A stretch of 64,000 nucleotides of DNA, from NCBI RefSeq assembly GCF_009914755.1, contig NC_060946.1. The stretch is one strand, 5' to 3'. Both the position numbers and the translations under genes were made by a program. Within the stretch, counting starts at the first letter, position 1; each line of letters starts with the position of its first letter. Below, in pieces: positions 15,110 through 34,446 of this stretch. The DNA comes from the human T2T-CHM13v2.0 reference genome, Homo sapiens. Under the pieces are notes generated by a model. The model was not told the origin of the DNA and did not search any database. It saw only the letters and a list, made by a program, of their open reading frames with translations.

Positions 15110-17239
15110 TTATATATGGTATATACTATATGTTATGGAATATGCTTTATATGTAATACATAACCTCATATATATTATATGTCATAATACATAATATTTA
15201 TCCTATGTCATCTTATATATATTATGTGTATTACATAACGTATATAATATATAATACATATTATGCATCTTAAATAAGAAAATATATATTTATTGATAAC
15301 ATAACATATAGTTATATATAATATGATATATAACGTACATACTATATCATATGTGATATATAATATATATATTTTTATTACATATTATAATTTATATATA
15401 TTATAATTTATATAAAGATATAATTATTTATGTAATATAAATAATTATATATAATTATATAATGAGGTATAATATAAATAATAATATATACGATTACATA
15501 TTTATGTAGTTATCTGTATAAAAATATAATTATATATTTAATTATATATATAATATAATAGACAACATACATATTATATAATGTATAATATATATTATAC
15601 AATATATGATACATATATGATATTTAATATATCATAATAGAATATATATTTTAATATTATGTATGTAACATATATTATGTGATATATAATATATATTATG
15701 TAATATAAAATAATATAATATAATATATATTATATTATGATATATTATGTAAAGTAAGTAATAAAATTACATATAACATAATACATAGTTATGTATAATA
15801 TAACGTAAAATTATATACGTTATTTTTTATATGTACATATAATATTATACAGTTATATATAATTTTGAATAGTTACATATAATGTAATATAAAACATATA
15901 TAATATATATCATAAAATATATATTTTATACCATATATAATATGTATCATATATTGTGTGTTATATGTCATATATTGTATATCATATATCGTATGTTATA
16001 TGTTATATATATCACATTCCACATATTGTGTATTATAAATTATATATAATATATGACATACATTACATTATATTTGATAAATTATACATTATATGTAACA
16101 TAGTATATATTATATGTAACATGTATATTCTATGGAAAATATATAATATATAACATATATTACATATAATTAATGACATAGACATATAATATATATTTAA
16201 TATATGTATTATACATACAACATATTGTATATAATATATAACATATATTACATAAAAGTCATAAAATATAATATATATTGTATGTCATATTTTACATTTA
16301 CAGTTATATATTATTATATGTTATTTTATCTCATATATAACATAGAAACAATATATATTATATATAATGTATATTATATATAACATAGATATAATAGATA
16401 TAATATATGTAATGTATATTATATATTTAATACGTATATTAACCATATAATATATTCTATATATGAAATATAATATATCTTATATATGTCATAAAATATA
16501 ACGTATAATATGTGTCATATTGTATAAATATAATGCTTATCTATTATCAATTATTATATGACATATAATATATATAATATAAGACGCAGGATGTAAAACA
16601 ATATTATATATATGTTATATGTATTATATATACGATACTATATATTATTATATACATAATGTATATTTATATTTGTGGGTGCCCTATTCCCCATCTGATA
16701 ACTTGTTGTAAGAAGCGCAGCGTAATAATGTGTGTGCTTGGGATTCTGTTTTTGAAACAAAACACTGAGCCTTCAATGACCTTTCGGTCTCTGTAAAAGC
16801 ACTCCTGTCTTCCTGGCAGCTGTTGGACCTCACAATGTGGATTGTGCCCTCACCCTGCAATGTTGATGCCCTATCGCCATGGTGACGGGATTAGGGATCT
16901 CCTGCTCTTGGTCCTAAGGGCCACTGTCTGTGCTGTGTTTTCCAAAGGTCAGAACAGATTGAACCTTTGTGGTTTTATTTTCCCTGAGTTTGATTTTTCT
17001 CATGGGGAACCTGTGTTGCTGCTTTGAACGTATATTCATACTGGCCTTTCAAATGCCAACTCTTCATATTACTAGTTAATGCTTTCAAAATATGTTATTT
17101 AAAAAATGATCCTCAGTATTGTCCATATGCAGTTATGAATACGTTTCATGGTTATGTTTTATTCCTCAGTTTACATATTTGATTATTGTACCAAGCAGAG
17201 TACCTTTGAAATGTTTTTCCATTTAAAAAATATGAATCT

Positions 17240-17531
<292 letters not shown>

Positions 17532-19657
17532 TTATATATGGTATATACTATATGTTATGGAATATGCTTTATATGTAATATATAACCTCATATATATTAT
17601 ATGTCATAATACATAATATTTATCCTATGTCATCTTATATATATTATGTATATTACATAACGTATATAATATATAATACATATTATGCATCTTAAATATG
17701 AAAATATATAATTATTGATAACATAACATACAGTTATATATAATATGATATATAACGTATATACTATATCATATGTGATATATAATATATATATTTTTAT
17801 TACATATTATAATTTATATATATTATAATTTATATAAAGATATAATTATTTATGTAATATAAATATATATAATTATATAATGAGGTATAATATAAATAAT
17901 AATACATACGATTACATATTTATGTAGTTATCTGTATAAAAATATAATTATATATATAATTATATATATCATATCATAGACAACATACATATTATATAAT
18001 GTATAACATATATTATACAATATATGATACATATATGATATTTAATATATCATAATAGAATATATAGTTTAATATTATGTATGTAACATATATTATGTGA
18101 TATATAATATATATTATGTAATATAAAATAATATAATATAATATATATTATATTATGATATATTTTGTAAAGTAAGTAATAAAATTACATATAACATAAT
18201 ATATAGTTATGTATAATATAACGTATAATTATATACGTTATATTTTATATGTACATATAATATTATACAATTATATATAATTTTGAATAGTTACATATAA
18301 TGTAATATAAAACATATATAATATATATCATAAAATATATATTTTATACCATATATAATATGTATCATATATTGTGTGTTATATGTCATATATTGTATAT
18401 CATATATCGTATGTTATATGTTATATATATCACATTCCACATATTGTGTATTATAAATTATATATAATATATGACATACATTACATTATATTTGATAAAT
18501 TATACATTATATGTAACATAGTATATATTATATGTAACATGTATATTCTATGGAAAATATATAATATATAACATATATTACATATAATTAATGACATAGA
18601 CATATAATATATATTTAATATATGTATTATACATACAACATATTGTATATAATATATAACATTTATTACATAAAAGTCATAAAATATATTATATATTGTA
18701 TGTCATATTTTACATTTACAGTTATATATTATTATATGTTATTTTATCTCATATATAACATAGAAACAATATATATTATATATAATGTATATTATATATA
18801 ACATAGATATAATAGATATAATATATGTAAGGTATATTATATATTTAATACGTATATTAACCATATAATATATTCTATATATGAAATATAATATATCTTA
18901 TATGTGTCATAAAATATAACGTATAATATGTGTCATATTGTATAAATATAATGCTTATCTATTATCAATTATTATATGACATATAATATATATAATATAA
19001 GACGCAGGATGTAAAACAATATTATATATATGTTATATGTATTATATATACGATACTATATATTATTATATACATAGTGTATATTTATATTTGTGGGTGC
19101 CCTATTCCCCATCTGATAACTTGTTGTAAGAAGCGCAGCGTAATAATGTGTGGGCTTGGGATTCTGTTTTTGAAACAAAACACTGAGCCTTCAATGACCT
19201 TTCGGTCTCTGTAAAAGCACTCCTGTCTTCCTGGCAGCTGTTGGACCTCACAATGTGGATTGTGCCCTCACCCTGTAATGTTGATGCCCTATCGCCATGG
19301 TGACGGGATTAGGGATCTCCTGCTCTTGGTCCTAAGGGCCACTGTCTGTGCTGTGTTTTCCAAAGGTCAGAACAGATTGAACCTTTGTGGTTTTATTTTC
19401 CCTGAGTTTGATTTTCCTCATGGGGAACCTGTGTTGCTGCTTTGAACGTATATTCATACTGGCCTTTCAAATGCCAACTCTTCATATTACTAGTTAATGC
19501 TTTCAAAATATGTTATTTAAAAAATGATCCTCAGTATTGTCCATATGCAGTTATGAATACGTTTCATGGTTATGTTTTATTCCTCAGTTTTCATATTTGA
19601 TTATTGTACCAAGCAGAGTACCTTTGAAATGTTTTTCCATTTAAAAAATATGAATCT

Positions 19658-19949
<292 letters not shown>

Positions 19950-22076
19950 TTATATATGGTATATACTATATGTTATGGAATATGCTTTATATGTAATATA
20001 TAACCTCATATACATTATATGTCATAATACATAATATTTATCCTATGTCATCTTACATATATTATGTATATTACATAACGTATATAATATATAATACATA
20101 TTATGCATCTTAAATATGAAAATATATAATTATTGATAACATTACATATAGTTATATATAATACGATATATAACGTATATACTATATCATATGTGATATA
20201 TAATATATATATTTTTATTACATATTATAATTTATATATATTATAATTTATATAAAGATATAATTATTTATGTAATATAAATAATTATATATAATTATAT
20301 AATGAGGTATAATATAAATAATAATATATACGATTACATATTTATGTAGTTATCTGTATAAAAATATAATTATATATATAATTATATATATCATATCATA
20401 GACAACATACATATTATATAATGTATAATATATATTATACAATATATGATACATATATGATATTTAATATATCATAATAGAATATATATTTTAATATTAT
20501 GTATGTAACATATATTATGTGATATATAATATATATTATGTAATATAAAATAATATAATATAATATATATTATATTATGATATATTATGTAAAGTAAGTA
20601 ATAAAATTACATATAACATAATATATAGTTATGTATAATATAACGTATAATTATATACGTTATATTTTATATGTACATATAATATACAGTTATATATAAT
20701 TTTGAATAGTTACATATAATGTAATATAAAACATATATAATATATATCATGAAATATATATTTTATACCATATATAATATGTATCATATATTGTGTGTTA
20801 TATGTCATATATTGTATGTCATATATCGTATGTTATATGTTATATATATCACATTCCACATATTGTGTATTATAAATTATATATAATATATGACATACAT
20901 TACATTATATTTGATAAATTATACATTATATGTAACATAGTATATATTATATGTAACATGTATATTCTATGGAAAATATATAATATATAACATATATTAC
21001 ATATAATTAATGACATAGACATATAATATATATTTAATATATGTATTATACATACAACATTTTGTATATAATATATAACATATATTACATAAAAGTCATA
21101 AAATATATTATATATTGTATGTCATATTTTACATTTACAGTTATATATTATTATATGTTATTTTATCTCATATATAACATAGAAACAATATATATTATAT
21201 ATAATGTATATTATATATAACATAGATATAATAGATATAATATATGTAAGGTATATTATATATTTAATACGTATATTAACCATATAATATATTCTATATA
21301 TGAAATATGATATATCTTATATATGTCATAAAATATAACATATATTATGTGTCATATTGTGTAAATATAATGCTTATCTATTATCAATTATTATATGACA
21401 TATAATATATATAATATAAGACGCAGGATGTAAAACAATATTATATATATGTTATATGTATTATATATACGATACTATATATTATTATATACATAATGTA
21501 TATTTATATTTGTGGGTGCCCTATTCCCCATCTGATAACTTGTTGTAAGAAGCGCAGCGTAATAATGTGTGGGCTTGGGATTCTGTTTTTGAAACAAAAC
21601 ACTGAGCCTTCAATGACCTTTCGGTCTCTGTAAAAGCACTCCTGTCTTCCTGGCAGCTGTTGGACCTCACAATGTGGATTGTGCCCTCACCCTGCAATGT
21701 TGATGCCCTATCGCCATGGTGACGGGATTAGGGATCTCCTGCTCTTGGTCCTAAGGGCCACTGTCTGTGCTGTGTTTTCCAAAGGTCAGAACAGATTGAA
21801 CCTTTGTGGTTTTATTTTCCCTGAGTTTGATTTTTCTCATGGGGAACCTGTGTTGCTGCTTTGAACGTATATTCATACTGGCCTTTCAAATGCCAACTCT
21901 TCATATTACTAGTTAATGCTTTCAAAATATGTTATTTAAAAAATTATCCTCAGTATTGTCCATATGCAGTTATAAATACGTTTCATGGTTATGTTTTATT
22001 CCTCAGTTTACATATTTGATTATTGTACCAAGCAGAGTACCTTTGAAATGTTTTTCCATTTAAAAAATATGAATCT

Positions 22077-22365
22077 TGGCTCAGGCCTGTAACCCCAGCA
22101 AATTTGGAGGCCAAGGCAAGGGGATCACAAGGTGAAGAGATCAAGACCATCCTGGCCAATACAGTGAAACGCTGTCACTACTAAAAATCCAAAAAACAAG
22201 CTAGGCATGGTGGCAGCTGGTGTAGTCCCAGTGTGGTGTAGTCCCAGCTACCTGGGAGGCTGAGGGAGGACGATCGGTTGAACCCGTGAGGCAGATGTTG
22301 CAGTGAGCAAAGATGGCGCCATTGTACTTCACCCTGTGAAACACAAGACTCTGTCTGAAAAAAAA
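22077..22365 (+). mobile_element. Diverged Alu, copy 10, 3-bp-deletion variant
   Basis: Same Alu motifs; 3' end reads gtgaaacacaag. Confidence 0.95.
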
Positions 22366-24495
22366 TTATATATGGTATGTACTATATGTTATGGAATATG
22401 CTTTATATGTAATATATAACCTCATATATATTATATGTCATAATACATAATATTTATCCTATGTCATCTTATATATTATGTATATTACATAACGTATATA
22501 ATATATAATACAGATTATGCATCTTAAATATGAAAATATATAATTATTGATAACATAACATATAGTTATATATAATATGATATATAACATATATACTATA
22601 TCATATGTGATATATAATATATATATTTTTATTACATATTATAATTTATATATATTATAATTTATATAAAGATATAATTATTTATGTAATATAAATAATT
22701 ATATATAATTATATAATGAGGTATAATATAAATAATAATATATACGATTACATATTTATGTAGCTATCTGTATAAAAACATAATTATATATATAATTATA
22801 TATATCATATATTAGACAACATACATATTATATAATGTATAATATATATTATACAATATATGATACATATATGATATGTAATATATCATAATAGAATATA
22901 TATTTTAATATTATGTATGTAACATATATTATGTGATATATAATATATATATAATGTAATATAAAATAATATAATATAAAATATATTATATTATGATATA
23001 TTATGTAAAGTAAGTAATAAAATTACATATAACATAATATATAGTTATGTATAATATAACGTATAATTATATACGTTATATTTTATATGTACATATAATA
23101 TTATACAGTTATATATAATTTTGAATAGTTACATATAATGTAATATAAAACATATATAATATATATCATAAAATATATATTTTATACCATATATAATATG
23201 TATCATATATTGTGTGTTATATGTCATATATTGTATATCATATATCGTATGTTATATGTTATATATATCACATTCCACATATTGTGTATTATAAATTATA
23301 TATAATATATGACATACATTACATTATATTTGATAAATTATACATTATATGTAACATAGTATATATTATATGTAACATGTATATTCTACGGAAAATATAT
23401 AATATATAACATATATTACATATAATTAATGACATAGACATATAATATATATTTAATATATGTATTATACATACAACATATTGTATATAATATATAACAT
23501 ATATTACATAAAAGTCATAAAATATAATATATATTGTATGTCATATTTTACATTTACAGTTATATATTATTATATGTTATTTTATCTCATATATAACATA
23601 GAAACAATATATATTATATATAATGTATATTATATATAACATAGATATAATAGATATAATAAATGTAAGTTATATTATATATTTAATACGTATATTAACC
23701 ATATAATATATTCTATATATGAAATATAATATATCTTATATATGTCATAAAATATAACGTATATTATGTGTCATATTGTATAAATATAATGCTTATCTAT
23801 TATCAATTATTATATGACATATAATATATATATTATAAGACGCAAGATGTAAAACAATATTATATATATGTTATATGTATCATATATACGATACTATATA
23901 TGATTATATACATAATGTATATTTATATTTGTGGGTGCCCTATTCCCCATCTGATAACTTGTTGTAAGAAGCGCAGCGTAATAATGTGTGTGCTTGGGAT
24001 TCTGTTTTTGAAACAAAACACTGAGCCTTCAATGACCTTTCGGTCTCTGTAAAAGCACTCCTGTCTTCCTGGCAGCTGTTGGACCTCACAATGTGGATTG
24101 TGCCCTCACCCTGCAATGTTGATGCCCTATCGCCATGGTGACGGGATTAGGGATCTCCTGCTCTTGGTCCTAAGGGCCACTGTCTGTGCTGTGTTTTCCA
24201 AAGGTCAGAACAGATTGAACCTTTGTGGTTTTATTTTCCCTGAGTTTGATTTTTCTCATGGGGAACCTGTGTTGCTGCTTTGAACGTATATTCATACTGG
24301 CCTTTCAAATGCCAACTCTTCATATTACTAGTTAATGCTTTCAAAATATGTTATTTATAAAATGATCCTCAGTATTGTCCATATGCAGTTATAAATACGT
24401 TTCATGGTTATGTTTTATTCCTCAGTTTACATATTTGATTATTGTACCAAGCAGAGTACCTTTGAAATGTTTTTCCATTTAAAAAATATGAATCT

Positions 24496-24787
<292 letters not shown>

Positions 24788-26909
24788 TTATATATGGTAT
24801 ATACTATATGTTATGGAATATGCTTTATATGTAATATATAACCTCATATATATTATATGTCATAATACATAATATTTATCCTATGTCATCTTATATATTA
24901 TGTATATTACATAACGTATATAATATATAATACAGATTATGCATCTTAAATATGAAAATATATAATTATTGATAACATAACATATAGTTATATATAATAT
25001 GATATATAACGTATATACTATATCATATGTGATATATAATATATATATTTTTATTACATATTATAATTTATATATATTATAATTTATATAAAGATATAAT
25101 TATTTATGTAATATAAATCATAATATATAATTATATAATGAGGTATAATATAAATAATAATATATACGATTACATATTTATGTAGTTATCTGTATAAAAA
25201 CATAATTATATATATAATTATATATATCATATATTAGACAACATACATATTATATAATGTATAATATATATTATACAATATATGATACATATATGATATG
25301 TAATATATCATAATAGAATATATATTTTAATATTATGTATGTAACATATATTATGTGATATATAATATATATAATGTAATATAAAATAATATAATATAAA
25401 ATATATTATATTATGATATATTATGTAAAGTAAGTAATAAAATTACATATAACATAATATATAGTTATGTATAATATAACGTATAATTATATACGTTATA
25501 TTTTATATGTACATATAATATTATACAGTTATATATAATTTTGAATAGTTACATATAATGTAATATAAAACATATATAATATATATCATAAAATATATAT
25601 TTTATACCATATATAATATGTATCATATATTGTGTGTTATATGTCATATATTGTATATCATATATCGTATGTTATATGTTATATATATCACATTCCAAAT
25701 ATTGTGTATTATAAATTATATATAATATATGACATACATTACATTATATTTGATAAATTATACATTATATGTAACATAGTATATATTATATGTAACATGT
25801 ATATTCTACGGAAAATATATAATATATAACATATATTACATATAATTAATGACATAGACATATAATATATATTTAATATATGTATTATACATACAACATA
25901 TTGTATATAATATATAACATATATTACATAAAAGTCATAAAATATATATTGTATGTCATATTTTACATTTACAGTTATATATTATTATATGTTATTTTAT
26001 CTCATATATAACATAGAAACATTATATATTATATATAATGTATATTATATATAACATAGCTATAATAGATTAATATGTGTAAGGTATATTATATATTTAA
26101 TACGTATATTAAACATATAATATATTCTATATATGAAATATAATATATCTTATATGTGTCATAAAATATAACGTATAATATGTGTCATATTGTATAAATA
26201 TAATGCTTATCTATTATCAATTATTATATGACATATAATATATATAATATAAGACGCAGGATGTAAAACAATATTATATATATGTTATATGTATTCTATA
26301 TACGATACTATATATGATTATATACATAATGTATATTTATATTTGTGGGTGCCCTATTCCCCATCTGATAACTTGTTGTAAGAAGCGCAGCGTAATAATG
26401 TGTGGGCTTGGGATTCTGTTTTTGAAACAAAACACTGAGCCTTCAATGACCTTTCCGTCTCTATAAAAGCACTCCTGTCTTCCTGGCAGCTGTTGGACCT
26501 CACAATGTGGATTGTGCCCTCACCCTGCAATGTTGATGCCCTATCGCCATGGTGACGGGATTAGGGATCTCCTGCTCTTGGTCCTAAGGGCCACTGTCTG
26601 TGCTGTGTTTTCCAAAGGTCAGAACAGATTGAACCTTTGTGGTTTTATTTTCCCTGAGTTTGATTTTTCTCATGGGGAACCTGTGTTGCTGCTTTGAACG
26701 TATATTCATACTGGCCTTTCAAATGCCAACTCTTCATATTACTAGTTAATGATTTCAAAATATGTTATTTAAAAAATTATCCTCAGTATTGTCCATATGC
26801 AGTTATAAATACGTTTCATGGTTATGTTTTATTCCTCAGTTTACATATTTGATTATTGTACCAAGCAGAGTACCTTTGAAATGTTTTTCCATTTAAAAAA
26901 TATGAATCT

Positions 26910-27201
<292 letters not shown>

Positions 27202-29324
27202 TTATATATGGTATATACTATATGTTATGGAATATGCTTTATATGTAATATATAACCTCATATATATTATATGTCATAATACATAATATTTATCCTATGT
27301 CATCTTATATATATTATGTATATTACATAACGTATATAATATATAATACATATTATGCATCTTAAATATGAAAATATATAATTATTGATAACATAACATA
27401 TAGTTATATATAATATGATATATAACGTATATACTATATCATATGTGATATATAATATATATATTTTTATTACATATTATAATTTATATATATTATAATT
27501 TATATAAAGATATTATAATTTATGTAATATAAATAATTATATATAATCATATAATGAGGTATAATATAAATAATAATCTATACGATTACATATTTATGTA
27601 GTTATCTGTATAAAAATATAATTATATATATAATTATATATATCATATAATAGACAACATACATATTATATAATGTATAATATATATTATACAATGTATG
27701 ATACATATATGATATTTAATATATCATAATAGAATATATATTTTAATATTATGTATGTAACGTATATTATGTGATATATAATATATATTATGTAATATAA
27801 AATAATATAATATATATTATAATATGATATATTATGTAAAGTAAGTAATAAAATTATATATAACATAATATATACTTATGTATAATATAACATATAATTA
27901 TGTACATTATATTTTATATGTACATATAATATTATACAGTTATATATAATTTTGAATAGTTACATATAATGTAATATAAAACATATATAATATATATCAT
28001 AAAATATATATATTATACCATATATAATATGTATCATATATTTTGTGTTATGTCATATATCGTATATCATATATCATATGTTATATGTTATATATATCAC
28101 ATTCCACATATTGTGTATTATAAATTATATATAATATATGACATACATTACATTATATTTGATAAATTATACATTATATGTAACATAGTATATATTATAT
28201 GTAACATGTATATTCTATGGAAAATATATGATATATAACATATATTATATATAATTAATGACATAGACATATAATATATATTTAATATATGTATTATACA
28301 TACAACATATTGTATATAATATATAACATATATTACATAAAAGTCATAAAATATAATATATATTGTATGTCATATTTTACATTTACAGTTATATATTATC
28401 ATATGTTATTTTATCTCATATATAACATAGAAACAATATATATTATATATAATGTATATTATATATAACATAGATATAATAGATATAATATATGTAATGT
28501 ATATTATATATTTAATACGTATATTAACCATATAATATATTCTATATATGAAATATAATATATCTTATATATGTCATAAAATATAACGTATATTATGTGT
28601 CATATTGTATAAATATAATGCTTATCTATTATCAATTATTATATGACATATAATATATATATTATAAGACGCAAGATGTAAAACAATATTATATATATGT
28701 TATATGTATCATATATACGATACTATATATGATTATATACATAATGTATATTTATATTTGTGGGTGCCCTATTCCCCATCTGATAACTTGTTGTAAGAAG
28801 CGCAGCGTAATAATGTGTGTGCTTGGGATTCTGTTTTTGAAACAAAACACTGAGCCTTCAATGACCTTTCGGTCTCTGTAAAAGCACTCCTGTCTTCCTG
28901 GCAGCTGTTGGACCTCACAATGTGGATTGTGCCCTCACCCTGCAATGTTGATGCCCTATCGCCATGGTGACGGGATTAGGGATCTCCTGCTCTTGGTCCT
29001 AAGGGCCACTGTCTGTGCTGTGTTTTCCAAAGGTCAGAACAGATTGAACCTTTGTGGTTTTATTTTCCCTGAGTTTGATTTTTCTCATGGGGAACCTGTG
29101 TTGCTGCTTTGAACGTATATTCATACTGGCCTTTCAAATGCCAACTCTTCATATTACTAGTTAATGCTTTCAAAATATGTTATTTAAAAAATGATCCTCA
29201 GTATTGTCCATATGCAGTTATAAATACGTTTCATGGTTATGTTTTATTCCTCAGTTTACATATTTGATTATTGTACCAAGCAGAGTACCTTTGAAATGTT
29301 TTTCCATTTAAAAAATATGAATCT

Positions 29325-29616
<292 letters not shown>

Positions 29617-31740
29617 TTATATATGGTATATACTATATGTTATGGAATATGCTTTATATGTAATATATAACCTCATATATATTATATGTCATAATACATA
29701 ATATTTATCCTATGTCATCTTATATATATTATGTATATTACATAACGTATATAATATATAATACATATTATGCATCTTAAATATGAAAATATATAATTAT
29801 TGATAACATAACATATAGTTATATATAATATGATATATAACGTATATACTATATCATATGTGATATATAATGTATATATTTTTATTACATATTATAATTT
29901 ATATATATTATAATTTATATAAAGATATAATTATTTATGTAATATAAATAATTATATACAATTATATAATGAGGTATAATATAAATAATAATATATACGA
30001 TTACATATTTATGTAGTTATCTGTATAAAAATATAATTATATATATAATTATATATATCATACCATAGACAACATACATATTATATAATGTATAATATAT
30101 AATATACAATATATGATACATATATGAAATTTAATATATCATAATAGAATATATATTTTAATATTATGTATATAACATATATTATGTGATATATAATATA
30201 TATTATGTAATATAAAATAATATAAGATAATATATATTATATTATGATATATTATGTAAAGTAAGTAATAAAATTACATATAACATAATATATAGTTATG
30301 TATAATATAACGTATAATTATATACGTTATATTTTATATGTACATATAATATTATACAGTTATATATAATTTTGAATAGTTACATATAATGTAATATAAA
30401 ACATATATAATATATATCATAAAATATATATTTTATACCATATATAATATGTATCATATATTGTGTGTTATATGTCATATATTGTATATCATATATCGTA
30501 TGTTATATGTTATATATATCACATTCCACATATTGTGTATTATAAATTATATATAATATATGACATACATTACATTATATTTGATAAATTATACATTATA
30601 TGTAACATAGTATATATTATATGTAACATGTATATTCTACGGAAAATATATAATATATAACATATATTACATATAATTAATGACATAGACATATAATATA
30701 TATTTAATATATGTATTATACATACAACATATTGTATATAATATATAACATATATTACATAAAAGTCATAAAATATATATTGTATGTCATATTTTACATT
30801 TACAGTTATATATTATTATATGTTATTTTATCTCATATATAACATAGAAACATTATATATTATATATAATGTATATTATATATAACATAGATATAATAGA
30901 TTAATATGTGTAAGGTATATTATATATTTAATACGTATATTAAACATATAATATATTCTATATATGAAATATAATATATCTTATATGTGTCATAAAATAT
31001 AACGTATAATATGTGTCATATTGTATAAATATAATGCTTATCTATTATCAATTATTATATGACATATAATATATATAATATAAGACGCAGGATGTAAAAC
31101 AATATTATATATATGTTATATGTATTCTATATACGATACTATATATTATTATATACATAATGTATATTTATATTTGTGGGTGCCCTATTCCCCATCTGAT
31201 AACTTGTTGTAAGAAGCGCAGCGTAATAATGTGTGGGCTTGGGATTCTGTTTTTGAAACAAAACACTGAGCCTTCAATGACCTTTCCGTCTCTATAAAAG
31301 CACTCCTGTCTTCCTGGCAGCTGTTGGACCTCACAATGTGGATTGTGCCCTCACCCTGCAATGTTGATGCCCTATCGCCATGGTGACGGGATTAGGGATC
31401 TCCTGCTCTTGGTCCTAAGGGCCACTGTCTGTGCTGTGTTTTCCAAAGGTCAGAACAGATTGAACCTTTGTGGTTTTATTTTCCCTGAGTTTGATTTTTC
31501 TCATGGGGAACCTGTGTTGCTGCTTTGAACGTATATTCATACTGGCCTTTCAAATGCCAACTCTTCATATTACTAGTTAATGATTTCAAAATATGTTATT
31601 TAAAAAATTATCCTCAGTATTGTCCATATGCAGTTATAAATACGTTTCATGGTTATGTTTTATTCCTCAGTTTACATATTTGATTATTGTACCAAGCAGA
31701 GTACCTTTGAAATGTTTTTCCATTTAAAAAATATGAATCT

Positions 31741-32032
<292 letters not shown>

Positions 32033-34154
32033 TTATATATGGTATATACTATATGTTATGGAATATGCTTTATATGTAATATATAACCTCATATATATTA
32101 TATGTCATAATACATAATATTTATCCTATGTCATCTTATATATTATGTATATTACATAACGTATATAATATATAATACAGATTATGCATCTTAAATATGA
32201 AAATATATAATTATTGATAACATAACATATAGTTATATATAATATGATATATAACGTATATACTATATCATATGTGATATATAATATATATATTTTTATT
32301 ACATATTATAATTTATATATATTATAATTTATATAAAGATATAATTATTTATGTAATATAAATCATAATATATAATTATATAATGAGGTATAATATAAAT
32401 AATAATATATACGATTACATATTTATGTAGTTATCTGTATAAAAACATAATTATATATATAATTATATATATCATATATTAGACAACATACATATTATAT
32501 AATGTATAATATATATTATACAATATATGATACATATATGATATGTAATATATCATAATAGAATATATATTTTAATATTATGTATGTAACATATATTATG
32601 TGATATATAATATATATAATGTAATATAAAATAATATAATATAAAATATATTATATTATGATATATTATGTAAAGTAAGTAATAAAATTACATATAACAT
32701 AATATATAGTTATGTATAATATAACGTATAATTATATACGTTATATTTTATATGTACATATAATATTATACAGTTATATATAATTTTGAATAGTTACATA
32801 TAATGTAATATAAAACATATATAATATATATCATAAAATATATATTTTATACCATATATAATATGTATCATATATTGTGTGTTATATGTCATATATTGTA
32901 TATCATATATCGTATGTTATATGTTATATATATCACATTCCAAATATTGTGTATTATAAATTATATATAATATATGACATACATTACATTATATTTGATA
33001 AATTATACATTATATGTAACATAGTATATATTATATGTAACATGTATATTCTACGGAAAATATATAATATATAACATATATTACATATAATTAATGACAT
33101 AGACATATAATATATATTTAATATATGTATTATACATACAACATATTGTATATAATATATAACATATATTACATAAAAGTCATAAAATATATATTGTATG
33201 TCATATTTTACATTTACCGTTATATATTATTATATGTTATTTTATCTCATATATAACATAGAAACATTATATATTATATATAATGTATATTATATATAAC
33301 ATAGATATAATAGATTAATATGTGTAAGGTATATTATATATTTAATACGTATATTAAACATATAATATATTCTATATATGAAATATAATATATCTTATAT
33401 GTGTCATAAAATATAACGTATAATATGTGTCATATTGTATAAATATAATGCTTATCTATTATCAATTATTATATGACATATAATATATATAATATAAGAC
33501 GCAGGATGTAAAACAATATTATATATATGTTATATGTATTCTATATACGATACTATATATGATTATATACATAATGTATATTTATATTTGTGGGTGCCCT
33601 ATTCCCCATCTGATAACTTGTTGTAAGAAGCGCAGCGTAATAATGTGTGGGCTTGGGATTCTGTTTTTGAAACAAAACACTGAGCCTTCAATGACCTTTC
33701 CGTCTCTATAAAAGCACTCCTGTCTTCCTGGCAGCTGTTGGACCTCACAATGTGGATTGTGCCCTCACCCTGCAATGTTGATGCCCTATCGCCATGGTGA
33801 CGGGATTAGGGATCTCCTGCTCTTGGTCCTAAGGGCCACTGTCTGTGCTGTGTTTTCCAAAGGTCAGAACAGATTGAACCTTTGTGGTTTTATTTTCCCT
33901 GAGTTTGATTTTTCTCATGGGGAACCTGTGTTGCTGCTTTGAACGTATATTCATACTGGCCTTTCAAATGCCAACTCTTCATATTACTAGTTAATGATTT
34001 CAAAATATGTTATTTAAAAAATTATCCTCAGTATTGTCCATATGCAGTTATAAATACGTTTCATGGTTATGTTTTATTCCTCAGTTTACATATTTGATTA
34101 TTGTACCAAGCAGAGTACCTTTGAAATGTTTTTCCATTTAAAAAATATGAATCT

Positions 34155-34446
<292 letters not shown>
